From the NCBI GenBank assembly GCA_012295275.1, contig CM022671.1, forward strand, positions 13,826,001 through 13,890,000: DNA of 64,000 nucleotides, written 5' to 3'. Under the pieces are notes generated by a model. That model was not told the DNA's origin and did not search any database. It saw only the letters and a list, made by a program, of their open reading frames with translations. Shown here in pieces: positions 14,451 through 26,454 of the stretch. The stretch's first letter is position 1. The number at the start of each line of letters is the position of its first letter. This DNA comes from Chrysomallon squamiferum (lineage: Eukaryota > Animalia > Mollusca). The translations under genes and the position numbers were made by a program.

Positions 14451-14977
14451 AAAATTTCATTATAGTGTGAAATAAAAATGATTACACATTTGTCATGTCA
14501 AAAAACAGTATTAAAATATTTATATGTGAAAAAGTTTTCGGATAAAATTATATATCAAATGAAACAAGGTATGCATTTTTAACTGAAGAGAATTCGCTGA
14601 TATGTTTTCCTTCATATTCTATGGAGAATTTGATTTATTTAATTGCGCTTATAATTACGAACAACAAACTAATTATTCATCCAGTCCGAGTATGACATCA
14701 CTTGATCACCCTTCCCTATCACCAAATATACCTCTAAGCTTGGATGCTAAATTGTTATCAACATTTGTATCCGAAAAAAGAAAATAATATCTCAAAATGC
14801 ACCACACTGGTCTATTACGCCACGTAATTACTCAAGTCACTCAATAACATAACAAAATAACATTCCAGGACAGGTTTTTTGCTAAGAAACATCACGTATT
14901 TCGGTAATACAATCTGCTGCCTCATATACTTGTATAAAATTTGGCTGAATAAGGGAGAGAGGCTTAATATTCATATA

Positions 14978-15040
14978 CAGTGGTACCTCGACTTACGACT
15001 GCCCCAACTTACGAGTTTTTGAGTTACGAGCAATCGCCAA
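14978..15040 (+). mobile_element. Tc1/mariner Tigger-like terminal fragment
   Basis: TA followed by CAGTGGTACCTCGACTTACGA, with repeated TTACGA sub-terminal motifs typical of a Tigger/pogo TIR. The opposite end was not found. Confidence 0.6.
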
Positions 15041-15161
15041 AATCCGAGATTTAGATTGTCATACTTTATTAGTAGCAAACAATAGTCGCCATTCATAGAT
15101 AAAATAACCAATTGGGAGTATAAAGAATATTATTAAGGCCACTAACCCGTACACCTTAAAC

Positions 15162-16113
15162 CAGTGGTTCTCAAACTCTTTGAAGTCGGGGCACACTTGA
15201 AGCCTTACAAAAAAGTGCGGGCACACTACACACAAAATACTAAGAAATATAATGCGAAATGTAAAACCCCCCAGAAATAACTGAAAGAATATTGCGGCTC
15301 AATCAGATGCGGAGCAAGCTGCTGAGGTTGTCTACCCTCATTGTCTACATCTATGTCAGATTCTTCATCATTTCGCTTATAAACGGTTCTCGATTGGAAT
15401 CTGTACCATTTGTTTTTCTTATGTGAGAGATTTTCACAGTTATATTTAGAGTTACCGCCCTTGTGTGAGAGATGTTCACCAATATATACCGCCCTTGTGT
15501 GCGAGATGTTCACCGATATATTTAGAGTTACCTCCCTTGTGTGAGAGATGTTCACTGATATATTTAGGGAATTCCTAAGCAGAAGAAAAAGAAGAAAAAA
15601 TAATGTAATAATAAATAAATAAAAACAAGAACTGCATATTTATTTTTACTATACTGTTAAAAAGAATAAAAAAATATACGAGTGGGAGATGTTCATTTCT
15701 ACAAAGTTTATATACAGTAAATAAATAAATTTCATTGTTATCTGTTACTTGCCAATAAAACGTGCGTCAGTATAGCTAATCCTCATTGTCTATCCTCACT
15801 GTCTACATCTACGTCAGATTCTTCATCATTTCGCTTATAAACGGTTCTCGTCTGGAATCTGTACCATTTGTTTTTCTTATGTGAGAGATGTTCACTGTTA
15901 TATTTAGAGTTACCGCCCTTGTGTGAGAAATGTTCACCGATATATCTAGAGTTACCCAGCTTGTGTGAGAGATGTTCACCGATATATTTAGAGTTACCGC
16001 CCTTGTGTGAGAGATGTTCACCGATATATGTAGAGTTACCGCCCTTGTGTGAGTGATGTTCACTGATGTAGAGTTACCGCCCTTGTGTGAGAGATGTTCA
16101 CTGATATATTTAG
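15162..16113 (+). mobile_element. hAT-like element relic carrying a 42-bp minisatellite, with an internal duplication
   Basis: Begins with Charlie-type TIR CAGTGGTTCTCAAACT at 15162. Segment ~15331-15567 recurs at ~15789-16113. Both copies run into arrays of GTGTGAGAGATGTTCACCGATATATTTAGAGTTACCGCCCTT (15420-15567, 15880-16113). Confidence 0.65.
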
Positions 16114-16195
16114 CGAGTTCAGCTGTTGTGTTGTGTTGTTGTCCTATTTGTTTTTTAAAGCTGTAATCACTGTCTGCATTTATTCGCAGTAAAAC

Positions 16196-19100
16196 ATGGT
16201 AGATTCAAATGAAAACGAAGAAAAAGTTAAGGTTACTCCGGAAGAGGATGAACTTTCAAAGATTTCGTCTGACTGGTCAATTCTGATTGGTCAACTTGAA
16301 CTGACGTATGTATTAGTTTGCTTTAAAACAGAAGCTTTTGTTTTAGAATGGCATGGCAATGGATGACATTATAAAAATACCAACCTCAATATTATAATCA
16401 TTAATTAAAATTACAGTGTAAATATTTGTAAAGCAGTATCAGTTACAAAACAATTTTAAAACTTGTAGATATATATATATAATTATGATGTCAAAGAAAA
16501 AATAAGAGACAAAATATATGTGAATTTTCATTTCTGTCAAACTTTATTATTAGCAAAGATTGTTGTCTATTAACGAATATGCATAATTATAAGTCGTTTG
16601 TTCACATCGCAGTATGCACACACTGAATAGTTTTAAGATATCGGCAAACTAGAATTTTTAAAAATATTAACTTCACTATGATCATTATGTGTAATCTTAG
16701 TAATATATATTTAAACAAAAGTATTATAGTACTAGTATAATTTAATTTTAAAGGAAAGAAGACGCTCTTGCTCAGTTTTCTACCATCAAAAACGTTCTGC
16801 AGACATTTGAGGAGTTCAAGGAAAAAGACGAAAACGAAGTCAAATTTCTATCTACAGTTTTAGAGGAAGAACTTTCTGCTAAAGGGGTAAAATGATAAAC
16901 TGAACAAAGAATAATACACTTTTAGAGAAAGGGATACATCGTTCGGATTTGTCATTTAAAGAAGAAAGCAGAAATTTTATAGAAAATGTATACAATTTAA
17001 GGGCTTAATACGATCAGGTTTTGTGGTTTAAATTCTAAATAGGTAATAGTTGAAGGGAGAAAATTACAACTGTAATTATGTTATTTAAATAGAAATGCTA
17101 TGCATATCTCACGCTATTGTGTATCATTGTTCAGTGATGAATCATATATATATAACAATGGAAATGACTAGTCATCACTATTATATTGTATCCTGTCCTT
17201 AAATATGTGATACAAAATTCCTATTTCGTTTAAAGTTAGCGATAAATGTGACTCGTTTTGAATACGATGAAAATAGATAATTACTTGAAAAAGAAAGCGA
17301 AGAAAAGAAAGAAAAAAAAAATTAGAATCTATATCGGAGAATATAAAATAGAGAAATAAATTAATTAATTACTTAAGAATAAATAAATAAATAACAATAA
17401 TAAAATTTAACATTAGCAAACAAACAATAAATAAAATAAAATAACAGAACCATTCAAGTTAAAACTATACTACGCAGCAGTCATTACACATTGGTATATC
17501 GACTGATGTATACACATTTCAGGACTCGGACGTTCCTGATGGGAGGGTGGTTGAAGTCGAACTCCGACAAAACAGACAAGTGTCTACGAAGTTCATTCAC
17601 GACCTAAGTACTTTTTATTTTATTTCAAATGTTTTGAATTATATACTGTGTTTTCTTCGTATTTTTGTTATTATTGTTGTTGCAGTTGTTGTTCTAGTTG
17701 CTGTTGTTATTACTATAGGTATCCTGAATTATTATTATTATTATTATATATTTTTTGTATATAGGTTGTTCATTTCTTTAATGATTTAATAATTTTATTT
17801 ATTTATTATTTGCTTATAAATTTGTTTTATTAATTTTTTATCATCATCATCATCATCATCATCATCATTATTATTATTGTTATTCTTATTGTTATTCTTA
17901 TTGTTATTGTTATCAGAGACATTATCATCAAAAGGTGATCCTAAGAGCAAATATGAAATCATAAAGCAGATAGGAGCTGGGTAAGATAGATTTTGAAAAA
18001 GTTTTTATAAAATAAATAAAATTCTCATCAGTCAGAGATATACTGCTTCAGCAAATGTTATTAAAAGTGCTAGATAAAAAATTAGTGTAAAATAAATAAA
18101 TAAGTAAATAATTTAAAAAAAAAAAAACAGAAAGAAAAAATAAGTTACTACATCTGATGCATGTGGTTAATTTCCATTTCCTTGACATACAACGTAAGAC
18201 ACGCTGAGATGAAAATTTGCCTGAAACACATAATTATTAACATTGCAATGTAAGACAATTGGCATAGTTGACTGTGTTGTATTTTATATTAAATACTATT
18301 TCGACATTTATCGTCACTTTCATTTTAGAGGTTTTGGCGTCGTGTACACTGCGAGACCAAAAAACAGCGAAAGCACAGTTGCTATTAAACTCATCGACAT
18401 CTTCAAGCAAGCAAAACACGAGCAGGTTGTTGCTGAAATCAAAGTTATGAAACATTGCAAACACTCCAATCTTGTCAGCTTTATAGAATGTTATCTGGTG
18501 GACAACAAACTTTGGATAGTGATGGAGTTCCTGGATGGCGGACCTTTAACGGATGTCGTGCGCCACACAGTAATGAAAGAGGACCAAATTGCTGCCGTGT
18601 GCCGGGAAAGCCTTAAGGGACTTGAATACCTTCACAGTAAGAACATCATCCACCGCGACGTCAAGAGCGACAACATTCTGCTTGGTCTGAATGGCGCAGT
18701 GAAGTTAACAGACTTTGGCTACTGCGCACAACTCAGAAGTGAAAGAGACAGACGTAGAACCAACGCCGGAACAACGTACTGGGCTGCGCCTGAAATTGTC
18801 TTAAGGTATTTTATTTATTTATTTATTTATTTTATATTTTAGCTTATTTTACCTTTTTAATTGTTATTTTTATTTAATGTATTTAATTTTTTAATTAATT
18901 TATTTTGTTTGTTTCTAAAAGTAAGTGTCAGTTCCAAATATTTAAATTAAAATTTAAAATTTTAATTTTAATTTAAGACGATATAATTGTATTTTTATTT
19001 CAGGATAATGATTCAGTTTGAGATTCTGTTACATTATATATCATTATATGATTTAAGAGAAAAATACTAATTCCATGTTAAAATATTATAAATTATTGAT

Positions 19101-19529
19101 TTAGTTACTTTCAATCAAATATTTGATAATAGTGACTTGTAATAATATTTTTATTATCTTTATTAACTATTTCTTATTTTATTTCCATAATTTTTCAGAC
19201 AACCACACGGTAAGAAAGTAGACGTTTGGAGCATGGGCATCACCACGATCGAGATGATAGAGGGCGTGCCTCCCTATCTGCTGGAAATGCCGCCTTTTAG
19301 GGCATCCTACATGATCGCGACTAAAGGCCGGCCAGACATTAACATGGACAAATTATCTCCCGAACTTTGCAGCTATCTGTTTGCCTCCCTTGAAGTGAAA
19401 GTTGAGTTCCGTTTCGACTGCAGTCAGTTGTTAAAGTTGGATTTTTTCAAGAAGTGTGCTGATCTCTCTTCAATTCCGCCTCTAGTAGAGGTGGCCAGAG
19501 GGCAGCTGAGAAAGGAATCAGCTCTGTAA
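16196..19529 (+). CDS. Divergent tandem PAK paralog lacking a CRIB core (PAK-B), 399 aa, 6 coding exons
   Basis: Exons 16196-16305, 16754-16886, 17523-17607, 17917-17980, 18329-18805, 19199-19529; all GT-AG, 1200 nt, no internal stop. Intron phases (2,0,1,2,2) and two exon lengths (64 and 477 nt) are identical to PAK-A. Kinase motifs GAGGFG, VAIK, HRDVKSDN, DFGYCAQ, APE, VDVWSMG, EGVPPY are intact. In-frame TAA at 16190-16192 precedes the ATG. Confidence 0.9.
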
Positions 19530-19807
19530 CAATCACTGTCCCCAATCTGGAGTTTGAGTCAATAACCGCTTGATAATTTGTGCAAGGTAGGTCTGTCATT
19601 ACAGGAAGCCTGAAATTTCGGTAATTTCCACCAAATGCGCAATCTTACTCAAGCTGAACTGTTTACTAGATAGGGGCTCTGATTTCTTATTTACCACCCA
19701 AAGTATGCAATGAAAGCACTGTCGATGTATATATAATTTTTATAGAAATAGTAGATTTTTATACTTATTATTTCTTAATTTTTTAATTATTATTAATTTT
19801 TAAATAG

Positions 19808-19810
<3 letters not shown>

Positions 19811-19864
<54 letters not shown>
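19811..19864. repeat. (GA)n microsatellite
   Basis: Pure GA run between the convergent 3' ends of PAK-B and the CUB-LDLa gene. Confidence 0.95.
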
Positions 19865-19868
<4 letters not shown>

Positions 19869-20837
19869 TCATTGAACCAGTATACAAATCAAAGTTTATC
19901 TGTGATTTGTTTATCTTGTTTTTATTTACATTCAGAATTATAGTTCCTTCTGAATGTATATTACAAGAAACTGTATAAGTGGTCTTATTGTATTAAAGAC
20001 TTTAAACTTGAACCATTGAAAGGTATTCGTGTTTATGAATTTAAATAAGTAATATAATAAGTGAGTGTGTATTAATTTCGATAAATGCAATATCAGGCTA
20101 CTACATTTCCTTCTTTTAATACGTTCCTTCGGCGATTCTTTCATAGATAATATACTTTTATAAAATATACCTTTCTAAATATACCTGTCAGTTTATCCAT
20201 TTTCTCAAGAATATCCATACCAATTTAAACAAAGCGTTTTATTAATACGTATGTGTACGATATCAAGAAGGTATCTGATACGCAAAATACAGTTCAAGGA
20301 TGATGTCTATGTCAAATAAAAATAAACTTACAATTTTTGTTTTTTACTTAAAATTAAAAAAGAAAAAGAAAAAAAAATGATTATTCATTCAAAATAGTAA
20401 ATAAAACTACTGAAATAAAAACAAAAAGGTCAGTATTATTTATATAACAACACGGTTAATTGATTAATTTATTTTATATTTTTGTAAATATTATTATCAC
20501 AGTTTTTTTCAGCATAAAAATTCATTCATCCCAAATATGTTCACACTCAGTAATGTTTTAGGAATGTGAACATTTCAGAAAGTATAATACTTGTTATGGA
20601 AGGCAACACCAGTAAAGATGTCAGATCCTTAAAATGATGGGAAACAGCAAACAGGGCTGTTTATTAATTTTTCGATGTGATATGCATATGAAGACGAAAT
20701 AAATGATGCATAACAAGATTGAAAACGTTAGCATCTCATATGTATAGTGATATATTGATACGGCTGTTTTATCTACAAATTTGGATTTACTTACATTATG
20801 GAATCCATTTAATTTCCATATATAATGATCAGTGTAA

Positions 20838-20882
<45 letters not shown>

Positions 20883-20923
20883 ACTAAGTTCTTATACTGT
20901 TATTTGTTGTTGTTAGAACAGTG

Positions 20924-23900
20924 TTATATAGATATCTCGGCATCATTGTGTAATCTATCGTTCTGTATTGTACCATGAATATTTTGATAGTTTCCACTGC
21001 TGCCACTCTTTGGAAGAACTCTGTTGTCTCTATCATTAACAGTGCAGAAATATTTTGGCTTATAAGTCACAATGACGGAACCAGACTGAGTGTCCAAGGA
21101 TAACACTTCGGCCGATCCTTGACACTCAGAGTTATCTGTCTTTATTGGAATCAGTTTGAAAGATGGTGTAGTTAATTCTTGCTTTGCTAGGTCCGACTCA
21201 GAGTCACGAGTCATACTGACCCCGGAGTCAGGAGAAAGACCCAGGTCAGACTCAGCGTCACTGTCGTTTCTGTTGTCATGGTCATGACGTAAAGATTTCT
21301 GTTGTGATTCAGGGACAGAGTGCATCACGGCTACTTCAATTGATGTACTGGGATTACGGTCAAATCCCGGACGGAATCGGTATTTGCGAGGATCGTTGAA
21401 TCTGACAGAGCTGTATTCTGGTGGAGGTCCTAAAGTATCTTCAGATATATTTACAACATCATCCCTGCTGGATGCAGCCACAGTTTCGTTTGCTAAACGT
21501 AACCCGCGATTTTTACGGTACCTGAAAATTAAATAAATAACATTACAACAACGACATTTAATAATGATAATTAATAGTGTTAATAAAATTCGCGCGCTCA
21601 AATGTATATATATAGTGACATTAAAGTTCAAAAGTATGTTCAGCATTTGAAATAGAAAATTCTAAGATTTATCTACATTGTTTATCATAAACTCTTGTGA
21701 GAACAATAACCGTTGTCTTTTAATCAAAAGTTCTGAAATACTGATTTTAATTATTTTCAGTTTAACAAAAATCTGTTTTTCAATTAACTTGTTTTGCAAC
21801 AGCATAGTAACAAATACACTAAATCAAATTTAGACCGTATCGCAAAACTGTATACGGATAATATATTCCATTCAATATGCATAACGGAAAATGTCAACAT
21901 CAATGAATCGACTCAGTAGTCCTTTCTGCCACAGGCTACAGTCTGTATTCCACATGATACATACAGTATCCTTCATTTAACGCAATCGTTCACTTTTCTA
22001 AAATACCAGGGGATAGGTAAGAAGCAGAAACGTAAGAAACTATTACCTCTTTTTTTTTTTTTTTTTCCTCACATGGATAATGTTTATAACACAAACAGCT
22101 GATGTGGAATTTTTTTCACCTCATTAACAATTAAATTTGTAATTTCCATTCGAACTGTTTTCTAGTCGTAACTTCAAGGCACTTTTTATTACTGGAGGCT
22201 AATGAGTAATTGGCTAATGATTAAAATGTCATCCTACTGCAGTTTTCTCAGTACCTCGGCTCTCTCGTTCTCTCCTGTGTTTGCTAGTATCTCGACTATT
22301 TGTTAAGTACGGGTTCTGTTCCTGCCAATCACCAGCCCACAACTAAAAACCTCAATATAAAGATACTGACATTTCTTGCATAACCCTTTAATTTATTAAT
22401 CCTGTTTTATTGTTACACAACAACAAATACCCACTACTATTTATCTACTACTGCTGCTGCTACTCCGATTACTAATATTACTGCTACCACTACCACTGCT
22501 ATTGCTGTTTCTACAATTAATACTTCCACTGCTTCTCTTCTTCTTCTTGTTGACTTTGTTGGTTAAAAATAATTAGGAATCAATCTTTTAAGACTTCTTC
22601 AATTAATAATATTACAAATATTTTAATTGTATGAGTTAATATGCAACCAACCTTTTATTATTTGTTCGTCTAACAACGAGGTACACAACAACGACGATAA
22701 TAAGAAATACAACGAAGGCAGCAGTTCCGGTTATTGCGACTTGCAAGACCGATTCTGAAATAAGATAATAATTCAAATTTTAAAATGGAAAGAGAACAGC
22801 CCATCATGTTCAATCTTGTTCATCAAGACGGAATAATAACGTTCTTAAATCCAAAGTATTTAATAATAATAATAATAATAATTATTATTATTATTATTAT
22901 TAAACTCGTACATTTGGGTAGTTTTCATAACGAATGTTATATGCACTTTCCGAGCTATTGAAAGCTACGCGCCAATAAAATCCTTTTGCCGAAAAATCCA
23001 GTAGCCGATAACACGACAATTACAGGTTTCCGTTTACATATTGTCATTATGCATGAATTGTATGATTAACACCTAAAATCCGTTCAAATTAAAAAAAAAT
23101 TTAGTTTCATTCATACATCCACTCGTTCTATAATCAGAATTTATTTACTTGTTTATTAACGGTTTTTTCGTTCTAAATAAATAGGTATGCGGTAAGTTAC
23201 GTCTTAGTGTACTAAATCATTTTTAACACGGCGTGACGTACCTTCTACATTCGCGACGACATGTTCCATGGGGTGACACAGCTGTTCATCGCCGCTGTCT
23301 CGCTGACCGCAGTTCTGGTTCCCGTCACATCTTGTACTTAAAGGAATGCAGATAGACTCAAAAGGACACGCAAACCAGCCAGAACCGCAGTTAGCACCGC
23401 CATTGCTTTCTGTAAAATGAATACACAAAATAAAATAAAATAATTTCAAGGCATATTAAAATGCTAGGATCTAATTTTTGACTATCTTAATTTAAAAAAA
23501 AAGAAGTTCTGACTACAATAATGAAAGAAGATTTCCACATAGACATTTTTCTTTATTTCTTTCACGCAAAACGAAAACACTTTCTCTTTTCATCTCTCAC
23601 ACTCATTCACACACTCACTCATACTCACACTTATATAAAAATTATTAAGACGTACCTTTAAATGTCGTAATTAGAATTTTGAAACCTTCGTGAATCAGTG
23701 TCGGTTTGCCGAGGTAGTCGAGACGTAGACGACGTCCTGACGATTTGTAGTCGACCATTTTGATACCTGCTGTGTTGAACGGATAATATGGACGCTCCAG
23801 TATTCCATAGAGTCCCGTGGGTGGCGTCAGGCGTTGTCGGGTACCACTAGGCGTATAGTCGTAAATGTGAAATCTAAAAATAAAATTGTCACAGGAATTA

Positions 23901-25484
23901 CTGATTGGTCTGATGTTGTTACTGGAAAATTTAGCACAAAAACTACTCCTACTATAATCCTATTGGTACTAATTTACAAGTATTGCTGCTACTACCATTA
24001 CTACAACTACTTCTACTATCACTAACAAAACTACTTTGAGATGATGATAACAACAACAACAATAATAATAATAATAATTTCAACAATAAATTAGTTTTTG
24101 AACGTAAATAAAAATAAATCCTTTATTTTCTTAAGCAATTGGAATTATTACGGAGTGTTTCAAATATATATATATATATATACTGTTTTAACGACTATTA
24201 AAGAATGAATGATTCTTGCATGTTATTTTGCTTTTCATTTTTCTTTTTGGACTGTTTCTTTTCAGGTGATTCTGTTGTTGTTGTTGTTGTTGTTGTTGCA
24301 TTTTGTTTATTCTGTGCCTATGTTCGTTTGTATTTTCTACCAGTATTCTTGCTTATCAATACCTATAAACTTTAGTAATTGGATTAATTGTCTCAGAGCA
24401 ATAAAATAAAATAAATAACTATAATAAACTGAATGTTACAGATCTATGAAACTGGACAGGTCAGTTTATAATCTTGGGCTACATTAATGTTAAACAAAAA
24501 GACATTAATACGTTGATCTTTAATACATTAATTAACTTAACTGTTTTATTTGAAATTCTTAACACTAAGTCTGTATAGGTACATACGTGTGACAATACAT
24601 TTACAACATTCCTTGACTTAAAATATCATCCAGCCTTACAGAATTACGAGTTGTTAAAGTGGTAATACTATCAACTCGAATAACATTTGCACGAAACCAT
24701 TTACTACGTAGTTTCTAAATGGGTTTTTCTGAACCAAAACAAGATACATTAGCCCGTGTGTGTTGTAAAATTGGGTGAATAAGTATCAAACAACCCCAGC
24801 CATTGTGACAACTGATTTTAATTTCTGGTAATTAATCCCTATTGACTTCTACATTTAGCGACATGAAAACAAACATCGTATTATTTCAGTCAATCTTATT
24901 CTAATAGATACAAAATGCCGCTTAGAATAAAATATGAAGAAAACAAAAAGTATTCAAAGTATCTGTATAACAAAATAAAACATTAAAAGCAAAAAAATTA
25001 AAATTTGGATGGACAGTAATTTGAAGACAAAGTTTTGTTATGAAAAAAACAAAATGTATCGGACTGTAAAAACTGACATTCTGCCCCTGGATCTAGCATT
25101 GTAGTCAAAAAACAACAATAAAAACAGCTTATCTAAGGTTATAAATGCCTATTATAGTAAAATATGTACGTTAGTCTCTTAGTCTCTCTTTGGCAATTTA
25201 CAAACGTTTCTGTATTTGTACGTATTTATTAAGAAATTAAGAAGGAACTGACCTGTCTGGAGTTTTGGTGTCGTCTGATATATCGAGAGAGATAAAATGT
25301 AGAAAGATTCGCATTTGTGGCTGGACGATGATATCAACAGCACAATGTAGATGACCAACGTTTTTCCGGTCCGTGTCCAGGTTTGTAGTTAGTTCTAGAA
25401 TCAAACTCTGATTCACATACAGGGATTCACCTTTTTGGCATGAATATACCATGTACCTCAGCGGAGGACTCGCCCAAATAGTAC
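20924..25484 (-). CDS. Type I membrane protein: CUB-like domain + LDL-receptor class A repeat + TM + PPxY-containing tail (MIG-13/LRP12/NETO-like architecture); 5' signal-peptide exon not located
   Basis: Minus-strand exons 25484-25253, 23873-23656, 23409-23242, 22754-22652, 21521-20924; GT-AG and phase-consistent, ~439 aa. CUB-like YMVYSC...LHCAVDI...RIFLHFISLDI...FHIYD...YKSSGRRLRLDY...GFKILITTF. LDLa CGSGWFACPFESICIPLSTRCDGNQNCGQRDSGDEQLC has 6 Cys. TM VAITGTAAFVVFLIIVVVVYLVV followed by RR. Tail contains PPPEY. Confidence 0.88.
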
Positions 25485-25618
25485 CTAAAATTGTTATAAT
25501 AACATATATTATAAAACAAAATTTCCATTCATTACTGGACAGATTTTTATGAATTGAATACTATTCATCCTATCCAGTGGTATGTGTTAAATAAACGGGT
25601 ATGTGACAATATTTTTTT

Positions 25619-26262
<644 letters not shown>

Positions 26263-26382
26263 TATCGATTTACAAATAACTTTGTTGTTTCTTTATTTCA
26301 TAATAATAAAATCTGGTCAGTTTTTTGTCTTCACCCCCACCCATACACACACCCTCTCATACCCACACCCATACCCGCACCC

Positions 26383-26386
<4 letters not shown>

Positions 26387-26452
<66 letters not shown>
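26387..26452. repeat. (GA)n microsatellite
   Basis: Pure AG run. Confidence 0.95.

Positions 26453-26454
<2 letters not shown>

Noticed and set aside
15420-16113. Regularly spaced repeats that could suggest a CRISPR array
   Set aside because: The units are contiguous tandem copies with no unique spacers, there are no cas genes, and the context is a eukaryotic intron-containing locus.
18243-18328. ORF-track N-terminal extension of the PAK-B kinase exon, and similar read-through at 7465-7582 and 21522-21646
   Set aside because: Intronic. Canonical splice sites at positions homologous between paralogs, or phase-matched to neighbouring exons, explain the true boundaries.
16196-19529. PAK-B as a pseudogene or retrocopy
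   Set aside because: All five introns are retained with canonical sites, the frame is open for 399 codons despite deep divergence, and the catalytic residues are intact.
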